A stretch of 64,000 bases of DNA from Hydrolagus affinis (Eukaryota): contig JAAILG010000756.1 of assembly GCA_012026655.1 (NCBI GenBank), forward strand, positions 1-64,000, read 5' to 3'. The notes beneath the pieces were generated by a model. It did not search any database. It was not told the origin of the DNA and worked only from the letters and a program-made list of their open reading frames with translations. The position numbers and the translations under genes are program-made. Numbering within the stretch: the first letter of the stretch is position 1; every line of letters starts with the position of its first letter. Positions 52,526 to 64,000 of this stretch are shown piece after piece.

Positions 52526-55500
52526 TCCCGACTTGTCCTTGTAAGAAAATAGTGTGGGACTTGTTTCTGTCAAACGTGCATCCTTTATTTATTTTACAAG
52601 TGCCTTGACCTGAAGGATTTAGATTTTTTTTAATAAACAAAATTCTACATACTGTAGCTGCATGAATAGGTAGCGTAAGATCAATGTAATGCATCCTATT
52701 TACAGTATGACAAGCATTCTTCACTAGCTGAAGGCTATTCCAAAATGAGCAATCTAAAAGTTTGTAATATTGTATACATATTGTGTCAGCTTAAAATTAC
52801 AGAGGAGGGGTTATGCTACAATAATAGCTCTTGATGTCTCAAAATTCTCTGACATAGATCAGTACCTAATAAAGGCCCAGGCTCAAAACAGGGATTTCAC
52901 AGTTTGTGTTTCTTTGACAACTCCACCCCATTCCTTTCTGAGAGAAGTGAACAATCCTGCCAATTCTACAAAAAATTATACTAATTGGCCCCAGAGGTTA
53001 TCTAGGTGCTGTGCCTCAAAGATGCCATTGTTCATGCAGCATTCAACTACAGCTCCAGGATTCTAAATAGGGAGACAACCCTTTAAAGCAGGTAAACTCC
53101 AGAGCAGATACTTGCAGTATCAGGTACTTCCGCTGAATATTGGTTTTGTCATTTGATACCTCACTTTAGTTTGCAACCTACTTAGATCTACATTTCTCCA
53201 GTGTTTTTAAATATGCTTTATTCTAGGTGTTACTCCTAATTAGTCAGACTAAGCCCAAGGAAGGAAATCTGGGTCATGTTAAATTAATTGAAATGAGCAT
53301 GAAAATTAGCAGAGCAAAATGCATAAATTTTCCTAAAGAACAAAATTCCTGAGAACCACAAAAATGGGCATTCTGAAGAAGGAAAAAAAAGTCAGCTTAA
53401 GTTAGTCTCCATCTATAATGCTAGCTGTGAATCAGCATTAATTTTCAGCTATAACACGCCAGTTAAATGTTTAGTCAGTGATGAAATGCAGTTAAAATGT
53501 ACAAAAAAAATCACTAATTAGTCGACAATTGATTGTCATAGGCTTATGTGAGCAAGTTATCATTTTAAAATGACTGAAATTACTTTGGAATAGAATTACA
53601 GAGCAATCGTGTAAATAGATATGAAGGCTTATTAATCGTGTAATTTCTTTGAAGAAATAAAGGATTAAATTGGAGAAATAATGAATTAAGGGTTTACAAA
53701 TCAACAAGTCAACCATCAGATTCCAGATTCCAGGCTCTCTCAGCATATTCTCATCAGTCCCTGGCATGAAGTTTTCAAAAATGTCCCGAAGGCAGGGAAC
53801 AAAGCGAGCAGAACTGATTACAGCTACGTTCACTGCCTTGCTGTCTAAACTCTGTTTGGCTTCCTAATGAGCTCACTAAAAACCTAATTCATCTCCCATA
53901 ACCCCCTCAACCCTCCTTGAAATTCACCATTATGGAAATTACAGATGAAACGTTTACAGGCTGTGTTCAAATTACTGTTTCTTTAACAGGCAGGTCCCTG
54001 ACCCTAGAATTGTACAATAGAGGTTTGTCCAGCTTGAAACCAATCAGTCCTAAGCCCACAGAAAAGGACTGCAGGAAGGTTAAGTCTTTTTCTCATGGCA
54101 CTGATGATTGTGGTATTAATTGTTTCAATCCATTGAATGCTGGAATTTGTGTAAATCATATAGATTTGATAATTTATCAAATATAAATTTGTGAATGAGA
54201 GGTTAAATCACCAGCACTGATGCTACACAGCTTGAAACAGACTAATGCAAATTCCCAAACCATTCATGAGGAAACTCCCTCAGTTCCTCATTACAAGAAG
54301 CCAAAATGATCCTCACAGCACCTAGGCTGTAACTGNNNNNNNNNNNNNNNNNNNNNNNNNNNNNNNNNNNNNNNNNNNNNNNNNNNNNNNNNNNNNNNNN
54401 NNNNNNNNNNNNNNNNNNNNNNNNNNNNNNNNNNNNNNNNNNNNNNNNNNNNNNNNNNNNNNNNNNNAGTGGCTTCCCCATTTGCTCAGGAGAGTCAATG
54501 AAAACTTCCTACTATTCCACCTGCCTCCTTAGAGTGCTGATCCAGTGAACAGCACAGTTTTTTTCTCATAAATTAGTCAGGCTGTGTGGAGCTGTGTTAG
54601 CTGATCACTGCTTTTGTCTCTTTGCTTGCCTACTTGCTTTTCTATATCACTGTCCTTTGTGCTGTCAGATACAAAGTCAGTATGCAGCTGCTTCTGTGAG
54701 TCAGAACCAACATGAAGAGTGCTTCTTACAAACTACATTTTATTTTACACAGCTGCATTCCCTGATCGACTTGGAGCTCAACCAGACCTCAGGGGACCCA
54801 ACTAGCACAGAAATCGGTGCTCAAGCATACAAGGGCACTGGAGCACCAGGAAAGAGTTGCCTGTGCCTTGTTAAGGCCCTTCACCTATCATTCCCCTTGG
54901 GAGTGAATACCTGATGCCCAATTTCTTCTAGTACACTGCTTTTAACTTAGAATATCATTTATGAAGAGTAGCTTCTGCTCTCTTCATCCACATCAACATT
55001 GTGAGATGAAATCAAATAGTAGGGCAAGTGGCAAAAGACATCAACTGACAGTGAAACCATGCTCTCTGAATGTTCATAGGCTGTGTCAAAGGACATCATA
55101 TGTAAGAGTTCACAAAGGTAACACTCACAGCAGCTACAACAAATAACCTTGAACGCAATTGATAATGACCCAGTCGTGTTGAGTTGGAATTCAAATTCCC
55201 CGAAGAACGGGAACTATTTAGTGCAAATGTGTGCACGTTTTAACTTGTATGTGGCTCTAGAATAACTTTGAAATTCTGCAGATTTGGTTGAGTGGAGAGA
55301 AGGACAATACTGCAGACAGAAAAGCAGGTGCCCAAAATTTGCAGTAATCCCTGTCATATGGTTCACCTCTCACCCTAGCCATCTCCTGAACTCTAGCCTT
55401 TCACTTAAAGGAGCCTTAACTTATCACTCGAAATTAACAATGGGAATCATTTGGAAATGGAATGGGTGATATTATGTTTTTTTTAAAAAGTCTCTTGAAT

Positions 55501-55624
55501 TGTGTCGACATTCAATAGTTAAAGAAAATTTTAATGAATTCTTGTGTATCCTCGTGGATACTTTTCAATCTCCTCCAGGCCATAGAGGGTAGTTACATTC
55601 CCCCACCTCCAGAGCATTCTTTGC

Positions 55625-55638
55625 AGGTCAAAAGGTCA
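55625..55638 (+). promoter_or_regulatory. Perfect DR2 nuclear receptor element AGGTCA-AA-AGGTCA
   Basis: Exact match to the RAR/RXR DR2 consensus. Confidence 0.5.
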
Positions 55639-56081
55639 GCATTCACAGATGTCTCGAGCAGGCACCCAATTGTCTACAGACTGTACCCTGGATTGCATAC
55701 AACAACTTCTGTTATGTAGTACCCTCCTTAGGTTTAATGTTCAGTGGTCAGGATTAAAAACACTGTAAAATTTTGCAAAGCACTACCAGTATAATTGCAG
55801 CAATATAATTTTTTGCTAATCTAAATTTCTTTTCAAAGTTTCTCTGGCAAATTGGGACTAAATCGGTCGAAGTGCCTTGTTTAAAAGTTTGCCGCTGTTA
55901 GTTAATTATGCAAACATTTTTCCTTTGAGGTCATCCATTAGTTACAGTGATGGGTACTGTAATTTCCTATTAATTATTTAACATTCTGCTGGGTCTGATA
56001 TGATGTAAGTTTTTGAATATTAAATTTTCACCATCGTGGAGGTAAACCTAATTTAGCTCAGATGGAATTACTCAAACTGCA

Positions 56082-56130
56082 GGAAAACAGGAACAGAATG
56101 AGGCCATTCAGCCCATCGAGCCTGTTCCAC
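56082..56130 (-). mobile_element. CR1-type 3' tail
   Basis: Reverse complement gtggaacaggctcgatgggctgaatggcctcattctgttcct is the characteristic CR1/SINE tail motif. Confidence 0.6.
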
Positions 56131-59100
56131 TGATTTAAACAATGGTTCAGACTATTTTGTTAACTGCAATTATAGCCTGGTTGGAGTTCTGCCCCAATGC
56201 ATTGTGAATGAAGAGAAAATTCCATTTATAAATCTTTTTGTGCAGATCTTGAAAACAGTCTTTCACAGTTTCTATAACTAAAATGCAGACATTTGATACT
56301 CATAAATGTTATACAGCTATTAATTATGCATTTCAAATATCTTGTGTTAGAATCTCCAGAGATTAGCATACTGTTCTTTGATAGCTAAAAACAGGGTAGA
56401 TGATAGTTAAAAGAACGGAAAACGGTTATATCAAGCAGACCTTGATAATCTGCAGTGTAACACCGTTGTGAAAATTATTCCAGCTATGCTCAAATCTCAG
56501 CCTGGCTGACAAGCTTTATGAACAAACCAAAATACAATTTACTGCCCAGCAAAGGCTGTGTATGTCCATTATTTCCAATGTCCAGCCCAGCACAATGAGC
56601 ACATTGTTATAGAAATGCTGAAGCATGGTTCAAGCTACTTGAAATGCTTACTGATTACTAAATGTTGATTTATTGATGGCACCTCTCAATATGTAGGACT
56701 GGGGGGAGGCTATTTTATTAATGTAATAAATTATCCTTAATAAGTTATATTATTGTACATTTATCTGTGCCCTGATCTGCCATCCCAATTATGCGACATA
56801 ATGAACTCCCCAAACTGCAACTCAGTTTTTGCTCCACCTCTGAATTTAAACTTTGCTCCCTCTCTCTGTGCTGGTTTCCCACTTGACATACATGAACATA
56901 TTGGTTAGTGTTACACTTTATACTGTTGATATATAAAGGGGAAAGAGAGAGAAAGGAGATACGGATAGAAAAGAACAAGGAATGGCTCCTCTCCATTTAT
57001 TTTCAAAAGATTGTTTTCTTCACAAGCACTTTTCAAGAATTTCTTTAAAAAATGTGAAATTAAACACTCTTAAGCACCTGGTTTGATCCCTCTGCAATTT
57101 AACCAGATTAATCCTCTGAAAGTTACCTTCCCATACCAATTTTCTTTCTATTTTAATATGGAAACATGGAAAATAGATAATTTAGTTGGGCATCATACTG
57201 TAAGAGCCCGGGGGTTGGGGGTCAATAAAATCAGCTCTATACTGGGTGCAACCACTGAGAAGCCAACATGTTGACAATGAGGTTGTCATTGACATCAAGT
57301 GTTGTTGGCAACAACTGAATGACCCAAAGGTAGGCCATTTTGTATTAAGCACACTTGTACTGACTGCTTTTTAATGTGAGCTGGCCAGTCTTCTGTAGAC
57401 ATATTTGATTTTTTTCCCACAATTTAATGTCGAGGCTCACAGCCTAGTCAAACCATAAGCAAATCAACATTCTAATGGAGTACATTATATTTGGGGGTGT
57501 TTACTGCATTCATTTTAACAGCACTGACCTTCTTCAGGAAAGAAGCATATAACATTAGGTCCCGACAAATATCAATCAATAGGATACTTAGATTGATATC
57601 CATAAATTGGTGACCAACAGAATACTGAAGCACATCATTCCCTTGAGGGTCCCTAATGTATTTTATCTCTCAATGCCCTCCTGATGATTCCTCGTGTTCA
57701 GGGAGAGGGCTTCAGATTTCGCACAGTTCAATTTCTATTTAGATATCAGTCAAAAATCCTACACTAATGGCAAAGCTGTGAGCAATGTTTTTCAGGTTTT
57801 GGAACATGACCAAAATGTCATTAACATATAGGGTTCCATAGTGATACAGCACAGAAAAAGTCCATTTGGACCAACTAGCCCATGCCGGTGTTTGTACTGC
57901 ATGCAAGCCCTCACCCCTCTTGTTGCTGCACTTGTTCACTTCTCCCTTGTGTATGCATCAAGTCTTCTCTTAATTACATTTATACTAATTTCTCAATCAC
58001 AATTTCTGGCAGTGAATTCTACATTCTTACCACCCTCTGCTGTAGAAGGTATATAGTCCTAAATTCTGGATGCCTAATAGCAATAGCTAAAGCTTTGAGT
58101 GCCATTCCAAAACATAATGGAAACAATGTTTACCGCCCCAATACAGCTTCCCCAGAGTAGCGATGTTGCATTTTGGCAGCACCAATGCAAAGGGAAGATG
58201 CATATATTGTTCTGATTCACTGGAGATAGCAAAATCCTCCCACCACATTAGCCAGGTGCCGTCACTCAATTCTGTCAAAGGCCTTCTCATTGTCCAACGA
58301 AACAGCAAAATTGATATGTTGATTGTTAATATCAATTGTCAAAAATGTTGATAGGTGTCGTAAGAGTACCTGCTGAATATTTACTCATCAAAACATTCTT
58401 GGTTATTGTACTGTTTGTGGTGATACAATTTCATTTGAAAGGTTGTCACTTTTAGCTCGGATCTTCCAATTTCCATTCAGAAATGAAATGGTCTCTGGAT
58501 ACATAGCAATTAAGCCAATTTCCTTTCTTGGATGTTACCAATACATTGGCAGAGTGAAATTAATCAGATCATCTATTAGTTTTGAGTGTTTGTGGAAAAA
58601 CTCATAGTAAGGACAATTGTTATCTTGTGTAAAAATGTTTGGTCAAACTTTACCTGTATACCCATCAACCCAGTTAATGCTCCTGCCAAACTGGAACTGT
58701 CCAGCCATGTTCCTTTTACTTTTCCTGTGATTTTTTGGCCTACTTCTAACCTTTGCCTAGCCTAACAATAAAGAATTGAGTGCATATTTTGTCCCTATTA
58801 GTTCTTTCAGCACCTCCTTTGAATGAAAGGATTTATGTTAACATTTAAGCAGTTGGCTCCGCAGATCACGTAGCCGTGTCCCTTCCACCTTTGTTATCTG
58901 AACTAAAACATGATACTGTACATCCTCCTAAAGTCACTCTCATGCCAGTGCATCAGATCAAACAGAGACCAATTTTCACTTGCATGCAACTTATATGTTT
59001 CCAATTTAGTTGTTTCTTTTAAAGTTTGTCTGTTTGCATATTATTTTCATACAGTCTCCATCAAGGGCATTTCTTAAGATTTTGTAAAGGACATATGACA

Positions 59101-59479
59101 AGGGATATTGGCTTATGGATAGAAACTCCAATTTGCCTAACTTGAATGCAGTCACTGACAAAATCCACAAATGAATAAGATCTCAAAACTGTGCACTTAT
59201 GCACAGATCATGCATGGAAAGGAATGTGAATAAACTTTTTAAACTGCTGGAGTTGCCAAACATCCATTCTGCTGCCAAAGATCTCTTTTGCATTTGCTGT
59301 TTAATATACATTTTTAATGTCACATTAGAAAAGGGCATGAATACATTTTTATTTTTAAAATATTGTGTTTCATTAAGCACAATTGTTTTTCAGCAAAACT
59401 TCCAGTTAATTTAAAATTTTAAATAATGCTGGCTGCACTCTCCGCTAACCACCCCCACCACACCGTTGGTAAAACAAGT

Positions 59480-59875
59480 ACCCAATCTGAAACTAAGCCG
59501 CAAAGGTCAGGAAGGTCTCCGGTTCAAAGCTCTGTTGGTGCCGAGTTAGCTCATCTCAACCGGGATGAAAATAGAGGTGCTACAATTGGCTTCAATGTGC
59601 CTGGCCGAGGTGGGGGGAAATCATCTAAGGCTACCACTCCCGATCATTATCCAGTGACCCATAATGGAACATGTACATGCATCTCAATGTTAAGCGATGA
59701 CATGAAATGGTTTGGCTGTGAATCAGCCCATAGTTGCATAGTCTGGTGACACTCACTATCCAGGCTCACACATTAAGCATGGTTACTTTGATGTGATATT
59801 GACGGATGATCGATGCCTGTGATACCGTACCCTAGCACAAGTCGCCCAATGCCTTCAAGGGAGGAGGGGGAAAAA
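59480..59875 (+). mobile_element. Old tRNA-type SINE-like repeat, near full length
   Basis: B-box-like caggaaggtctccGGTTCAAAgc. Body motifs (ctcccgatcattatccagtgaccc; gacactcactatccaggctcacac; gccttcaagggaggagggg) recur at ~50.85 kb and ~19.0 kb. Confidence 0.55.
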
Positions 59876-62800
59876 TTAGAGAGCGTGGAATGAAAATGAT
59901 TCTGTCAGTATGTAACTGAAAGAAATTGTCGAAATGGTGCTCTTGACACTCAATTGGAGTTCTTTAGAAAAAATGATTTACTTTGTGCTGTAGCACAATT
60001 AATAACATCTTGCTCAGAAATAGTAAAAATCCAAAGTACTTTGATCACAATCTTTCAGACTGTTATATTGTTACACCAAGCAGAAGAGCTCATTTCGCAA
60101 GGACACCAAACTGCAATGTAGTTACAGATTCATAATTACAGATTCATATCTGTAACCTCAGTCCCAATCTTTCTAATAATAACCTAGTAAAAGGCTCTCA
60201 ATATCAGTTTAATATTCATTTTAAAGGACACATAACAAATAATAATTTAACATTTCTCTTTGAACATTAAAAGCACAGCAACTCATAACTATTTTTGCTA
60301 GTGCAGACAATAGTTTTATAATAATATTGTTTCTGTGGTTGTCAATTAAATTAATAACATTCTAAATTCAGAATTACCCTTTACGTTCAGAGGAAAGCCT
60401 CGTCTGTAGGCCAAATAAATGAGGACAGCGTGTGATCTGCTACCATTCAGATTGTTTAAACCAGCGAATGCATCATGTAGGCTTGAAAATTAGTGAACCA
60501 GAAATTGTTTGGGCATATTAACTGGACTGAAGTCAAATGTGTTTATGTTTGGCTGTGGTCATAGGGATCCACATCAGCTTAGCAGCGTGTTGTGTGTGAG
60601 AAAAAGGAGTGTTGGGGGAGGAGAAGCTGTGTGTAAAATAAGCAGTTAGACTGCTTCAGTTTAGTTTTCACTTTCAAAATCTGCTCTTTGCTGCGAGTCA
60701 GAAACATTTACCTCCCAGGTAAGAATTGGACTCCTAATTATTTTAGTGGGAAACCATACTTTCATACCATTCATCATGTAACAGCGAAAGTAAATCCAAG
60801 AACATTGGATGACATGAAAGAAATTTTGCACAAATCATATTATGCTTTAAGACTTTGAAGAGATTATAAAGGTTCATAATGAGAAAACTTTGTTAAATAA
60901 GAGAAAATAAGGCAGAAATTAGGAGAAATTAAAACAGGATCACATCTTACATTTTGTCTGAATCTACAATACCAGTCTCTCTGACTGTTTATTCTTAGAC
61001 TATTTAACACTTTAGAATCCAAACTGTAGCCAAGATGAAAGCTGTTCACACATTACAAAACTGTAGATTTGTTTTTGCACATTGATAAACATGAGGCCAT
61101 TAATTGCTCTTTTCTGTGGACCGCAATTCACTCCTCAGACTGACACATGCAAGGTTTGTACCACGAACACATGCAAACAAGTTTAAACACAAAAGCAAAC
61201 ATTTAACTTTTGAAATCAATAATTTTTTTAAACATATTTTTCCACAAAGGCATTAAAGAAAAAGTTTAAACTAAAAGTCACATGAAAAGTTTGATTAGGA
61301 AGAACATGCAGCAGACTTGTTTTACTTCTTTGCAAAATTTAAGCAATCGAGTTCTAAATCTATGAAAAATTAAGTACCTTGAACAATTAGAAATGTGCTA
61401 CAAATTATTTCTGGTCTTTGCATGCATTATCATCACACTGGTGGGTATAAAACAACTGACCTAGTAGAAGATGGCAAAGATGACTTTTCCTTTGCAGAAG
61501 ACCGAATTTATCTATCAAGCAACCAAAAAAACATGGTATTGGAACTCAGCCTATTTGTCAATTTTCTAAAAATATAAATAACTATTCTGACCATTTGTAT
61601 TTAAGAAGGCCAGTTCATTCTCCCAAAATGTATCTTGTGTGCTGACTTAACGCCTCTTTGGATTATACAGTACATTAAAACTAAAGTCACAGTGAGCTTT
61701 GCTGCCAATGCTAATTCCCAGATACACGCACCATAAAGGCAGCAATGGAGTGGTCAGGCTGGGTTTAAAGTCAGCCTGCAGGTGTTTCCTTGAATGAATT
61801 GTGTTTCTCATCCCTAATGAAGGATAACGGAGCCCCACCATGACATGAGAAGGCTGGTTGTCCACGATACAAGTGTAAGTCTAATTCTGAAGTAAATTCG
61901 ATTCATTTAGCTGTTATCTAAGAGGACACAAGTTCTAAATTTGCTGGCATCATGCTGTGATATCAGACCTGCTTCCTAAGTGTTGGCTTTACTGCAAAAG
62001 TTATATTGCCAGCAGCCATAAATGTTTTTCAGTTAACTTTCAATGCAGTTCACTGTCACTCAACTAAACATTTCAAAAATATGCATCAGAATAATCTATT
62101 ACCAAACATAAATTCCACTGCCTCTCGTTTAATCATATTGCATGCTCGGTTAAAGCAGTCATTCAGTATATTTGAACCGTGGTCTTGACCTTGTCCCACT
62201 CGCCTGTTATCTTGACTCAATATTCCACAAATATGTATGTTTTCCCTCAAACAGGAGGCAAAACCACTTCTACTTTTAACCTCCAGGAGTGGTACTTAAA
62301 AATTATCTCCTAGTTGTATATTCAAGTTGCAAGCCGCATCAAACATATTTTAGTATGGCTCTCTTTTAGCTGCCAGAAAAAAAATTCCAACTGCACTTCA
62401 CTTCCCTTTAGCATAAATTCCCTGTGCCTGTTGTAAGAATAATTTTGGTAATTTTTTCCCTCTGTCTAGTAACTTAAGACTGACCTAGTTAATATGACTT
62501 GTGCTGTACCATGGGAACAGACAGTGCTACTGAGAAGGCCATTTACACAACCTGTTCGTGATTATAGGCCATACGGTTACAAAGATGGCACGGATGTATC
62601 TGAACACTCCAAAAGGATGACGTTTGCAGTTTGGCCCAGGTCAGATGTTTTTTTTTAATCCACAATTTTGGACATGTGACACAGCAACTAATGCTGATCA
62701 ATTTGTTTAATCACCTTTTGGAACTTTTCCAGATGGTTTCTGTTGAGAGCAGTGCTTAGAGATGAATCTCAGTGTGTTCATTGCACAACTGCTCCTAACA

Positions 62801-64000
62801 TGCCACTAGAGCTTTCAGTAAACGGCTGCATGCTGAATCCAGCATTGGTTCACTCTCGCAGCAGAAAGGAAGAGAGTTAAAAACTACATGCATTAACTTT
62901 ACTTTTCCCCATTGGATCATGTCATGAATAATTTAACCTCTCTTATGCTAATGGGATAATGAAAGTCTCCTTCTCTTCAGAGTCCCACTCTCAGCTTTCA
63001 CCATAACCCTCTGCCCTGCCCCACCCCCCAAACCATTTTCTTGCTGGGAAGGCCTGTTCCGACTTGAAGTAATATATGGAACTCCTTTTCTGAATACCAC
63101 TGTTTAAAACACAGGCTGCCACTGTAGGAAATGCCAATAATATACAGAACATCAGTATGATTAGATGTATTCTACAACTGAATTTGACTTTTAGAACACT
63201 GAAACCTGTTTATTCTGATTTATTTCGCTTTTGTAGCAAACTTCTAGCATAATCAGTATAATTGGGGAAGCATGAACAATAGGCAGCTATTTACTCTGAT
63301 CAAGATTCTGATTAAAACAAACACCCCCCACCTCTGCCATTTGGTTTGGTTTAGGGCTCGATGCCAAGAAATCTACATCCGGATCTAATCTACTAGCCTT
63401 ATGGGTTAGTAGGGAATGCCTGATGCAAATCTCCTGTGGGTGTAGACTGTAAATTAAAAAATCAATGCATGCGTTGGACAGGCAATTTCATTTAAGACCT
63501 TCAAACTCTGCGGCCAAATATGCTACCTGATATGGCAGGGAGCTGCACAAGCAAGAAACATTTTGGGTCTTGGTTTGGACTCGTTAAATTAACCAATCTC
63601 AATTAAGGCAGTTGCAAGGCTGCTTCAATTGGCCTGAATATTGTTAGACTAAGATGAGAGGGAATAAGTGAAAGTTCTCACTCCTGATCACTGTTCAGGG
63701 CCATTGTAGAAAGTGTCACTGTGTGTACATAGGTTAAATTCAAGATTGGGAAGGGCTGAGTACTTTCACAGGAGCGCATCCTGGGATAATGTGAAGCAGC
63801 ACACCACTTTTCTAAATGTCCCGTTTCACAAAATTGTGAAGGACAGGTTAACATTCAGTTTACAACTGAGCCATCAGAAGAAACACCAGGCCATTTGGTT
63901 TCCTCACAGGAAAGGCGGCACACAATTCAGAGGCCATTTCGCCCTGGGCTACTCTTGCATATCTAGCAGATGGATTGAGAGCTATATTGGCAAAGATCTG

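Overview
Vertebrate genomic DNA (AT-rich, five N-runs) containing the 3' half of a TALE-class homeobox gene, Meis2, on the minus strand. Five coding exons are readable with intact splice sites and phases: 46654-46799, 27644-27720, 7186-7244, 5292-5402 and 2271-2557. A ~1.1 kb 3' UTR follows, with poly(A) signals at 1471 and 1168. The upstream exons lie beyond position 64000. The alternative short C-terminal exon (GPMSG...WHYM* type) is not readable but probably sits inside the N-run at 4902-5034, next to an orphan GTAAGT donor. The rest is large introns carrying decayed SINE, L2, CR1 and Tigger repeats, whose types suggest a cartilaginous fish (inference), plus motif-rich candidate enhancers. 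I see no prokaryote-type or wholly new gene system. The most interesting signals are: a GC donor followed by an in-frame 81-nt extension with an alternative GT donor and a stop/poly(A) signal just after the homeodomain; several composite retinoic-acid response elements; PBX/HOX/MEIS motif clusters; and a fold-back Tigger-derived element. Nearly all other ORFs in the track are spurious.
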